NCBI GenBank assembly: GCA_023205875.1
Contig: CP060757.1
Span: 868,001 to 932,000 of the forward strand
Source of the DNA: Chloropicon primus
Lineage: Eukaryota
DNA: 64,000 nt
Reading direction: 5' to 3'
Shown here: piece by piece, positions 21,001 to 30,155 of the stretch
How the letters are laid out: each line of letters starts with the position of its first letter
Numbering within the stretch: the stretch's first letter is position 1
Notes under the pieces: generated by a model
Database searches by the model: none
What the model saw: the letters and a program-made list of their open reading frames with translations, nothing else
Told to the model about the DNA's origin: nothing
Translations under genes and position numbers: made by a program

Positions 21001-24000
21001 AACCAAGTGCAAGCTTCTGAATGGCCTCCTGTCGGCTGCAATCATGCCAAATCCACAAAAATACAGAACATACTTGCGAAGGCTTGTTGCTCTCGAATCA
21101 AAAGGTGCTCAGGACGTAGCTTTGAGAGCAAAACATCTTCTGGAGCACTCCATGCTTGCTGATCTGAGAGCTGCCGTTGCAAGATCACTCTCAGGGCTCG
21201 AAATGTTTCATGCCAGTGATGTCAGTGATGCAGAAGTAGAGAAGAAGAAGAGAAGGCACCACAACTCGATGTCAGGGTCGGAATTGGCCGCGTTGATTGA
21301 AAGTGATGTTGTCCTCGAATCAAGCCATAAGCTCGTCAGAAAAGCAACTGAGAGAGAAGGCCTCTTCTCTGGCCTGAAGAAAGCAGACGAGACCTTGGAG
21401 GAACGGATGTCAACACTTGTCCAAGCTCAGGCCGCCGTAGAGGACCCGCTTGCGAGTCTGCTCGATCATCCTGATAACGACATACAATGGAGGGCCGTCG
21501 AAACTTACATCAAGAGGATTTACAGTCCTTACTTGTTGGAAAGCAGCCTGAAATTGCAGTCAGCTGGTACCTCGATCTTGGCTACGTGGTGCTATCTTGA
21601 ACCCATTTCTACAGCCGCCGCTGCTGCTTGCAACATGAAATCGGAGTTACACTTCGGTATCATGGTCATCCTCAACTCGCTGTCTCAATTCCCGGCCACT
21701 GTGACAGCCGCCACTGTTGCCGTTGCCGATGCGAGGAAGTATTACAACTGCAGCATGTCGTCCAACAATACAATGCACATTGCGCTCGTTGGAAGCGGTG
21801 ACGGAATCTTGCGCCTGTCCAGCAATGCATCCATCCTTTTCAAAGAGATGAAAGGCAGGCTCACAAGGAACAGGAGCTTTTACGAAGAGTCATTCAGCAG
21901 TGAAAGCGATGGGGAACTCATGACGCCTGGGATGAACTTTTTGTCGACGTTGAAATCAGCGGCTGCCTCTGCTGTTGCGGCGGAAGCATCTGTTTTGAAG
22001 GCAGCTGGTTTTGAGACTGTGAGTTTCGTTCGCCCCGCAGGCAAAATTCTCCCCCAGAGGTTTGGTTTCATTTGGCAACCAGAGGTCCAAACGTTTGACC
22101 TTGTTGAACAGAAGAAGAGGAGAGGTCTGTGGCAAGTAGAGCCCCCAATCGCAAGCTTGCTTGATCTGCAGAAGCTCAAGGGTCTGGCCAGTCTGTACTG
22201 CCCTTCCAGAACCAGGCAATGGCATCTGTTTGTGGTTACGGAGAAGACCGGAGTGAGGACTGCTGCGCTCCGCAGGGTTTTCCTCAGAGGTTTGGTAAGG
22301 AAGCTCGACCTATATCCCGAGGCAAAGTCGAGCAACGTGAGCATGTGCTCAGGGGTGATTGCAAGCATTAAGCCTCACCTCACCGCCGCATTGGAGGAGC
22401 TGGAGAGGGCTCAATTCGACGATACAAGCAGAGCCAGATCGGCTGATTGGGCTCACATCTACCTGTGTGTGCTTCCCACGTGCTTGCCAGCTGCAGGAAA
22501 GGACCTGGGCCACGCCGAGATGGCGGGAGCGCTGAGAGCGGCAACAGCCGAAGTCCTTCTGAGGTGCGGAGCTCAACTGAGGAGGACTGCGGTTTCCTGC
22601 CTGGAACTCCGTCTTGCTGCCGTGGATGGAACTGCCTGGAGGATCTGCGTTTCCCTCCCCTCTGGTTTTGAGTCGGACTTGGAGCACATTGATATCTACA
22701 GAGAAGCTCTGGACCAAGCTGGACAAGCTGTGTATGCTCCACAGCCTGCTGCAGGAGCGAGACCTGGGCCTCTGGCCGGCCATCTTCTTGGAAAAGTCTA
22801 CGAGCCTCTAGAGACGTTGCAGAGAAAGAGATTGTCTGCCAGGAGATTGAGAACAACCTACTGCTATGACTTCCCCGCCCTTTTCGAGACTGCTTTGAGA
22901 GAAGTTTGGGAAAGCACCGGAGCTCATGTTCCAGCTGCAGCAAAGCTTTTGGAAGTGGAGGAGTACGTCCTGAACGAAACTTCTCTTCAGAATGGAAAGA
23001 GTATCTGGAATGTAGACCTCGTTCCTATCTCTAGACCACCTGGGCAAAACAGCATTGGCATGATCGCGTGGATCTGGACCATGAAGGTTCCAGAGAAACC
23101 AGAAGGCCGCCAAATCGTTGTGATCGCTAATGATGCATCGCACAGCGCAGGGTCTTTTGGGCCAAAGGAAGATGCAGTGTTTAAAGCTGCAACGGAATTG
23201 GGTCTGAAGAGGAAGCTGCCAATCATTTACTTGTCAGTGAATTCTGGTGCCAGGTTCGGGCTCGCCGAAGAGGTACGAAGCAAATTCAAGATTGCTTGGA
23301 TCAATGACTCTGATCCTGCCAAGGGATTCCAGTACCTGTATTTGGAGGATGCTGACTACGAGTCGATAAAGGCTTCTGTGAAGGCTGAGTCTTTCACGAC
23401 GGAATACGGCGAGAAGCGTTGGATCCTCACGGACATCATTGGCGCTGAGGATGGCATTGGCGCTGAGTGTTTGAGTGGAAGTGGTGCAATCGCAACTGCT
23501 TTCTCCAAGGCGTACCATGAGGGCTTCACACTCACTTTTGTCACAGGCAGAGCTATTGGCATCGGTGCTTACTTGTCTCGCCTTGGGCACAGAGTCATTC
23601 AGAGAGTCGATCAGCCTATTATCTTGACGGGTTACGCTGCCTTGAACAAGCTGCTTGGAAAGGAGGTTTATACCTCGCACATGCAGCTAGGCGGTCCAAA
23701 GGTCATGGGTAATAATGGTGTGAGCCATTGCTTGGTTGAGGACGATGTCTCTGGAGCTATGGCGATCATCAAGTGGCTCAGCTACGTGCCATGCCGTGTG
23801 GGTGGCGCACTTCCCATCACGAAGCCGGTCGACCCTGTGGACAGGGACGTCACGTACTACCCAGAGAAGGAGGAGAAGCTCGACCCCAGAGCAGCCATTA
23901 CCGGAAAGAGCAAAAGCAATGGAGAGCCCCTTCTCGGTATGTTTGATGACGGCGAGTGGTCAGAGCTTCAAGCAGGCTGGGCTAAGACCGTGGTCACGGG

Positions 24001-25171
24001 TCATGCCAGGCTGGGTGGAATCCCAGTGGGAGTTGTTGCCGTGGAAGTTGATACAGTGTCGATGAACGTGCCTGCGGACCCTGGCGATTCAACGAGTTCG
24101 GAGAAGAGTGTTGCGCAAGCTGGGCAAGTTTGGTTCCCTGACTCTGCTTTGAAGACAGCTCAGGCAATCGAGGAGTTTGACCTCGAGGGGCTGCCCCTGT
24201 TTATTCTGGCCAACTGGAGAGGCTTCTCCGGAGGCATGAGGGATTTGTTTGATGGCGTGCTCCAGAACGGAGCCAGGATTGTGGAGGCCCTCCGCGTTTA
24301 CAAGGGTCCCATCTACATCTACCTTCCACCCAAGTGCGAGTTGCGTGGCGGTGCCTGGGCTGTCATCGACACCAAGATCAACCCGGAGAGGATTGAGATG
24401 TACGCAGACACTACCGCAAGGGGTGGGGTGCTCGAGCCAGAAGGAATGGTGGAAATCAAGTACAGAGACAGCCAACTCATCAAAACGATTCACAGGCTCG
24501 ATCCTGTGGTCCAAGCCTTGAAGAGGGAGGAAGGCAACGCTTCCATGAACCCCGCTGCGAAGCATGGCAACGATAGTGCCATCCAGGCCAGGCAGCAGAC
24601 CTTGCTCCATCCTTACAGGGCGGTGGCCGTCGGCTTTGCGGACATGCACGACAAGGCAGAGAGAATGAAGGCAAAGGGCATTGTGAGGAAAGTTGTCCCT
24701 TGGAAGCATGCGAGGAGGTTCTTCTACTGGAGATTGAAGAAGGCCGTGATTGAGGACACCCTTGCGCGTTCCATAATCTCCACTCGCGAGGGCATGAGCT
24801 TCCAGGAGGGCAAAGACCTCGTGGCCAGCTGGTACACCGAGAGCAACAATGGATCCAACACGGAGAGCCCAAACACGGACTGGGAGCAGGAAGTCCTCGA
24901 GCTGGCCAGGTTTGTCAAGTGGTCAGAATCGGAAGGCCCAAAGATCCAGGCGAAGATCGAGGCGTTGCAGGCGAAGTCTGCGACCCGGATCTTGAAGGAG
25001 TTCATGAGCTCAGAAGTCGGGCCAGTCCACGCTTTGGTGGAAGCCATCAAGGAGATATCGAACAACCTTCAGACTGGCGAGACGTCGATATCTGCTGCTG
25101 ATAGCAGAGCCTTGGACGTGCTCAAGGAAACCAGGAACAAGTTGCAGAACTTGATGACGGACGATTTGTAA
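18011..25171 (+). CDS. ACC1: Homomeric acetyl-CoA carboxylase (intronless)
   Basis: BC domain (NNGLAAVK, WPGWGHASE, GGGGKGIRK, ELNPRLQVEH), biotin site EVMKM and CT domain (NSGARFG, ANWRGFSGG, ELRGGAW). Confidence 0.98.
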   Translation: MGKGSNDAKADALVLGSMVTKVDSAASLEVLSNVNEAIVRRSQSQRLDDLQHPGRKGKFDAAINSFVQGLGGSRVIRSILISNNGLAAVKFIRSVRGFSLKNLGDERAIALVAMATPEDMRVGAEHIRMADQIVEVPGGSNNNNYANVRLIVEVAEQQKVDAVWPGWGHASEYPDLPAALKAAGIVFLGPPSEPMAALGDKVGSTILAQAAKVPTLGWSGSKIAVSYEECNGVIPEETYRKACINDGDEAVKVCDEIGYPIMLKASWGGGGKGIRKVLDSKNVAQIFKQVQAEVPGSPIFAMKLAPKSRHLEVQLLADMHGNVCALFSRDCSVQRRHQKIVEEGPVTIASQESLREMEVAACNLAKSVGYVGAATVEYLYLLDTKEFCFLELNPRLQVEHPVTEWISGVNIPSCQVMIGMGIPLWRIPDIRRLYKKAPKDDSFFDLANEEKGDPSGHVVAVRITSEDAGDGFKPTSGSIDELSFRSTPDVWGYFSVKGGGGVHEYADSQFGHLFAKGETRTEAIKHMLVALADIKIRGEIRTTVDYLIDMLQCPGFVDNQVSTSWLDERIEKQVKPDAPVWYLAVIGACVSKAYEVLQARMADFISYLEKGQIPGRNTLLEAVHHTMVMDGVKYETEVVKIGPQQYKVSLNGSSVYVVARALRDGGLLMQLDGNAHVVHAEEVALGTRLLIGQKTCLIEKEMDPSKVVAVTPGKLVRWLVEDKAHVKADEQYAEIEVMKMIMPLVSSAAGIISLEIAEGQQVAPGQLIARIKLDDESSIKIAERFKGVFPTMGPPMIVGNSTDQKYNDSLQSLLLVLAGYEHSVEENISKLLSAIDDPELALRQWQQAISAIKARMPPVLVRKLDDIIGTYEKALTEGVGSDPASTFSMRLTPRSLPFPSDAVLNAIDEFIDNAPQNDQMQLQVTLEPIISVGYIHQGGREAHASRIVRQLLDKFLLVEEVFNTDAQLSDIIEDLRHKHVGAPQEVLDIVVSHQSLPTKCKLLNGLLSAAIMPNPQKYRTYLRRLVALESKGAQDVALRAKHLLEHSMLADLRAAVARSLSGLEMFHASDVSDAEVEKKKRRHHNSMSGSELAALIESDVVLESSHKLVRKATEREGLFSGLKKADETLEERMSTLVQAQAAVEDPLASLLDHPDNDIQWRAVETYIKRIYSPYLLESSLKLQSAGTSILATWCYLEPISTAAAAACNMKSELHFGIMVILNSLSQFPATVTAATVAVADARKYYNCSMSSNNTMHIALVGSGDGILRLSSNASILFKEMKGRLTRNRSFYEESFSSESDGELMTPGMNFLSTLKSAAASAVAAEASVLKAAGFETVSFVRPAGKILPQRFGFIWQPEVQTFDLVEQKKRRGLWQVEPPIASLLDLQKLKGLASLYCPSRTRQWHLFVVTEKTGVRTAALRRVFLRGLVRKLDLYPEAKSSNVSMCSGVIASIKPHLTAALEELERAQFDDTSRARSADWAHIYLCVLPTCLPAAGKDLGHAEMAGALRAATAEVLLRCGAQLRRTAVSCLELRLAAVDGTAWRICVSLPSGFESDLEHIDIYREALDQAGQAVYAPQPAAGARPGPLAGHLLGKVYEPLETLQRKRLSARRLRTTYCYDFPALFETALREVWESTGAHVPAAAKLLEVEEYVLNETSLQNGKSIWNVDLVPISRPPGQNSIGMIAWIWTMKVPEKPEGRQIVVIANDASHSAGSFGPKEDAVFKAATELGLKRKLPIIYLSVNSGARFGLAEEVRSKFKIAWINDSDPAKGFQYLYLEDADYESIKASVKAESFTTEYGEKRWILTDIIGAEDGIGAECLSGSGAIATAFSKAYHEGFTLTFVTGRAIGIGAYLSRLGHRVIQRVDQPIILTGYAALNKLLGKEVYTSHMQLGGPKVMGNNGVSHCLVEDDVSGAMAIIKWLSYVPCRVGGALPITKPVDPVDRDVTYYPEKEEKLDPRAAITGKSKSNGEPLLGMFDDGEWSELQAGWAKTVVTGHARLGGIPVGVVAVEVDTVSMNVPADPGDSTSSEKSVAQAGQVWFPDSALKTAQAIEEFDLEGLPLFILANWRGFSGGMRDLFDGVLQNGARIVEALRVYKGPIYIYLPPKCELRGGAWAVIDTKINPERIEMYADTTARGGVLEPEGMVEIKYRDSQLIKTIHRLDPVVQALKREEGNASMNPAAKHGNDSAIQARQQTLLHPYRAVAVGFADMHDKAERMKAKGIVRKVVPWKHARRFFYWRLKKAVIEDTLARSIISTREGMSFQEGKDLVASWYTESNNGSNTESPNTDWEQEVLELARFVKWSESEGPKIQAKIEALQAKSATRILKEFMSSEVGPVHALVEAIKEISNNLQTGETSISAADSRALDVLKETRNKLQNLMTDDL

Positions 25172-25287
25172 GTGGATCAAGCGAGGAGAAGCTAATGCCG
25201 TACCAGTAAAAAAAATAACTGTAGTAGTGTGTAATAGAATACAAGTACAATCACAGAAGATCAAGTTAAAGCTCGGCGGGGCGTGTG

Positions 25288-26136
25288 TCACAGGCCATCG
25301 TACAGACTGCAGTCGTTATCCTCTACGCTCGTTCTCGCCGTAGTCGTGTTCTCATCCGAAGGCAGGGGCGCCTGAAAGATATAGTCCACGTTGCTCGGCA
25401 CAGGTTTTTCTGGTTCCTGAGGTCCCGATTCTAAAGTCCTTGAGGCTGAAGGGCCCGCCGCAGCAACCCCCGAGCTCTTTTGGCTCTCATTCGTTCTGTT
25501 CGCAAAAAGAGAGTGCAGCTGCTTCCTCCAAGCTTTGACTTGGCCGTCGAAGCCACGCTTGCTGCACTTTTTGTGGATGTCAGGCGTGCGCGGGTCTTGC
25601 TTCCTCCTCCTCCTCCTGGCGAGCACGCAAGTGGCCACGTTAAAGGTGGCCAAACCAGACAGAAAAAAACGTCAAGTCAGCCAGCGTCGTCGTCAACCCC
25701 CTCGAAACGAACTCACTCACTTTGGAACCAGTTGGATGTACTTCTTGTACGCCTCGCTCTGCTTGGCAATGTTGATCTGCTTTTGCCGCTGCTGCAGCCT
25801 TCTCATGTCGGTCTCCTTCTCCAGGTCCGCGCGTTTTACTGCACAAGAACGAAGAACGAAACGAAACGAAGCCAAGCTCGTCAAAAGCTGTTGGAGAAGC
25901 ACAGGACTGATCTCAAAACAGTGGTTTGCTCTGGCCCCTTACCTCCGAGTTGCTTGCTCCGGTGCTCCGTCAGGGCGAACACACGAGTCGTGGATGTCAC
26001 CCCTCCCGCATCCACTTTCCTCGTGTGCCGCTCCAAGAACCGGAGCATCCTCCTCCTTCCTCCTCCTCCTCCTCCCTCTGTTCGCTCCCTCTCCCGCGCT
26101 TCCCGGCGAGAGCCAACCCATGGGATGATAGGAGTC

Positions 26137-26138
<2 letters not shown>
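25288..26138 (-). CDS. SLBP: Histone mRNA stem-loop binding protein, 3 exons
   Basis: Exons 26138 (or 26048)-25943, 25838-25721 and 25615-25288 give ETDMRRLQQRQKQINIAKQSEAYKKYIQLVPKRRRRKQDPRTPDIHKKCSKRGFDGQVKAWRKQLH, the SLBP RNA-binding domain. Confidence 0.88.
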
Positions 26139-27068
<930 letters not shown>

Positions 27069-27197
27069 ACACCACCGCGCACAACGGACGGTGGAAGGAT
27101 TCATCTTTCATCATCTTATGTATATTTCACTCTCTCAAAAATTGTGTTACCAAAAATTTTGTTCTCAAAATTGTTCGCGAACGCACGCACGTCCGGT

Positions 27198-28712
27198 CTA
27201 AGCAAAGTTCCACGCGATGTCGACGCAGTTCTCGCTCAGGTTGAGCCTGTTCTCCCCACTCACCCGCAGGTTCAAGCCCTCGGTATAAGGCATGAGAGAC
27301 TTTGACATCCTCACGAGTCTGTTACAGCACTGCCTGAACTGGTGGATGGTCACTCCCTCCTCTCTGGAGAATATCCTCACTTTCAACCTGCTTCGAACGA
27401 GGTAGGTGAGCCTCTCCAATTCTTTCACCTCCTTTTGGTGCTCGAAACTTATTCTGTCGGCCTCTCCCGCGCTTGCCGAAAAGAAGTCCAGAATCCGATC
27501 AGCGCTGAGCGTCAGGGGGACTACGATCGTGCCATCGATCTGGTTGATCGCGCATTCTCGCGTCTTGTCCACTACAATTTTATTTGTCCTGTGCCCCGAG
27601 TAGTTGCGGACGTTTTCGGTCCTCCTCAGGATTTGCTGGAGGAGCTCCTGACAAGCCTCCGGGTGCGCCAGGGCTTCAGCGCTGCAATGGATGGAAGTGA
27701 TGCCCAGTTCAGAGGCAACGCGGTCCTCTGACCTTCGAATCCCTTCCACGAAGTTGGTTCTCAGTCTTGCGACCTCCAAGTCTTGGCTTGAAGACAGATA
27801 CGCGGCCCACGCTTCCTTTGAGTTCAGTTCTCGAACGTTCACGTGCATTGCCCCCGTGGCAGACACCTTGGCCGTCTGGTCAAGAATCAACTTCAGTCCC
27901 CTGACGTTAATCGTGTGGTCCGCGTCCAGAGCCCTCATCAGGCTTTCCAGGCAAGTTTGCCCTTGCCTCGAGAGCTCCGAGTCGTCTCCCCTACTCCTCA
28001 AGGATCTGGAGAAGCTCGTGGTGACCCCCCTGAACATTCGTAGCGTGGAGCGTATCATGTCAGTCTGCTGGGACTTTGGCGCGTGCCCGCCGCTCCTGTG
28101 AAACCTGTCCGCAGCGTAAGGGAGGAAGTCGATCAGGTTGGTTCCTGCAAAGCTTTCGTACGCCTCCTCGCCTCCCCTGACTGCCGCCTCGGCCTCGCCC
28201 TCAGTGGGAACGCTGATGGTCTCCAGCCCGCACGCTTTAAGCAGCTTGTTGAGAGCTCGCGTCAGCAAAGGGTTCACGGCTCCCGACTCCTTTCCCCTCC
28301 AGCCAAGGGCAGTGCTGCTGGGCTGACGCAGCTCCACGTCCACTTTCTGAAAGGTCGCCTCCGGAGAGGGAGAGGTCGCAGCGCCCTGCCCTTCGCTTTT
28401 CCTCAAGTAAAATTTGAACTGGAACGAGCTCGACGTCTTCGCCCCGCGCTGGTGCACGCCTCCGTCGCTCTCCGACATGAACTGCTGCAAGAGCTTGAAG
28501 CTGCGCTCGTTCTCCTCCTTCGCCTCGGGATGTGAGTGGAAGAGGTCCGGATGCACGAGCTTGTACAGCTGGTTCAGCTTCGACTTTATTTCCTTCTCCG
28601 TTCCTTCCGGGGTGAGCTTCTCCACGCCGTGGCGATTCCGAGAGGACCAGGATCGGGATGCTCTCACACCAAAGGTCACGCCCGCTTCCCACACCCTCCG
28701 CACCAGCATCAT
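27198..28712 (-). CDS. TCAIM-like (DUF4460/DUF4461) mitochondrial protein
   Basis: LYKLVHPDLFHSHPEAKEENERSFKLLQ is a J-like HPD motif that follows an Arg-rich presequence-like N-terminus. Confidence 0.7.
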   Translation of the reverse strand: MMLVRRVWEAGVTFGVRASRSWSSRNRHGVEKLTPEGTEKEIKSKLNQLYKLVHPDLFHSHPEAKEENERSFKLLQQFMSESDGGVHQRGAKTSSSFQFKFYLRKSEGQGAATSPSPEATFQKVDVELRQPSSTALGWRGKESGAVNPLLTRALNKLLKACGLETISVPTEGEAEAAVRGGEEAYESFAGTNLIDFLPYAADRFHRSGGHAPKSQQTDMIRSTLRMFRGVTTSFSRSLRSRGDDSELSRQGQTCLESLMRALDADHTINVRGLKLILDQTAKVSATGAMHVNVRELNSKEAWAAYLSSSQDLEVARLRTNFVEGIRRSEDRVASELGITSIHCSAEALAHPEACQELLQQILRRTENVRNYSGHRTNKIVVDKTRECAINQIDGTIVVPLTLSADRILDFFSASAGEADRISFEHQKEVKELERLTYLVRSRLKVRIFSREEGVTIHQFRQCCNRLVRMSKSLMPYTEGLNLRVSGENRLNLSENCVDIAWNFA

Positions 28713-28971
28713 CTCCCCTCCCTGTCCTCGAAAAAGGCACAAACGCTCCGCTCCGCTTCGTCAAATCCTCATCAGGGCGTCGTTTCCTTCAAGGGAGAGC
28801 ACTTTGTGAAGCCCAAGAGATGAATCTTCCCCTCCGATCCTCGCGCCTCCTCGCGCACTCGCCGCCCGGCCGGCTCCTCTCCCTTGCACTCCCTCTCTCG
28901 TCCTCTTCCTCCCCCCTCAGTTTTCGATAAGCTGCTGCTTACAAATTGTAAGAAGCGAGCTTTGGCGACCC

Positions 28972-29853
28972 ATGGCGACTTTGAACGAGCTGAAGGATGG
29001 TACGTAGGGCGAGAAGGGGGTGGGGGCGTTTGGGAGAGTGGTTTGCGTCCCTGGTCCGTGTCTCACATCACGTGTTTCTCTTCTTCACTCCGTCTTTTCC
29101 TCAGCCCTCAAGGACGCGCTGGACAAGAGAGGGACTCTGAACGAGCTCAAAGCGAAAGTGAGGAGCGAGGTGTTCAGTGCTATTGACGACACAAAGGTGA
29201 GCATTTTCGGTCGCTTGGTCGTCATGGCGTCCTCTAACCCTTCTGTTCCGTTTCACGTCTCTTCGAAGGGGGTGCCGAGGCCAGAGCCCTCGGAAGAGAA
29301 CGAGATCATTAACGAGCTCATACGGGAGTACCTCAAGTACAACAACTATCGGAACACGCTCTCGGTGATGATACCAGGTGAGGCAAACGGGCGAAGGAAT
29401 GGGCACGGGAAAAATGGTCTGCCCCTCAACGAAACTGACGCTTTCGCTCTCCCTTCTTTCTCCTCATCTCGCAGAAACGGGCATAGGCGAGGTCACAAAG
29501 AAGACGAGGTCCGACATTGTGAGTGCTCCATACTCCACACGCGCGCCATCCACCATCGCTTCTCGAACGATCGATCCCTGTCCCGCTCAGCGAACTGATA
29601 CTTTCAACTTCTTGGCGCAGGTCGAAAAGCTCTCGGTGAAGGAGACCCAAGAGAGTAGGGAACTGTAAGTTACACCCCACAATCCAACGTTGGTCTCTTC
29701 CCCTCCTTTCCAAGCAGGTAGCCGCTCGGTGCCGCCTTGATTGCCTCCGATTAGGGCGTTCCACTGACCAAGAAGCTCTTTTTGGCGCGATCTCTTTCCT
29801 CCAGTCCCCTCCTTTACTCCATCTTCGCCCTCCGAAGCAAGTCCTCCACTTGA
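28972..29853 (+). CDS. FOPNL: LisH-domain basal body protein FOR20/FOPNL (CEP20), 6 exons
   Basis: Exons 28972-28999, 29105-29196, 29269-29377, 29475-29518, 29621-29664 and 29805-29853 give MATLNELKDALKDALDKRGTLNELKAKVRSEVF...ENEIINELIREYLKYNNYRNTLSV...PLLYSI. Confidence 0.85.
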
Positions 29854-30155
29854 TTTGTAATAATGTGATCTTGTACGATTCCCCCCACCCCCCCCCATGG
29901 TAGTCGTGTCCCGCCGCCCTCGGCAGCCTTGGTTGCCTCCGAGTACGCCACCCTTTTGCCTCGGACAACCTCGAGCCCCTTGCCCCTCCTCCACGATGAG
30001 ATGCTCCCTTCTCCTCTCCTCCGATTACGATTCGATTATGATCTAGCCGTTAGTTTGGACATCTCTTCTTTCCCCTGCTCTGCTCTGCTTTGAAAAGAGA
30101 GAGTGACAGACGGGGGAGTTGTTGACTCGAGGAGTTGTTGAGACAAGGGGCAGCC

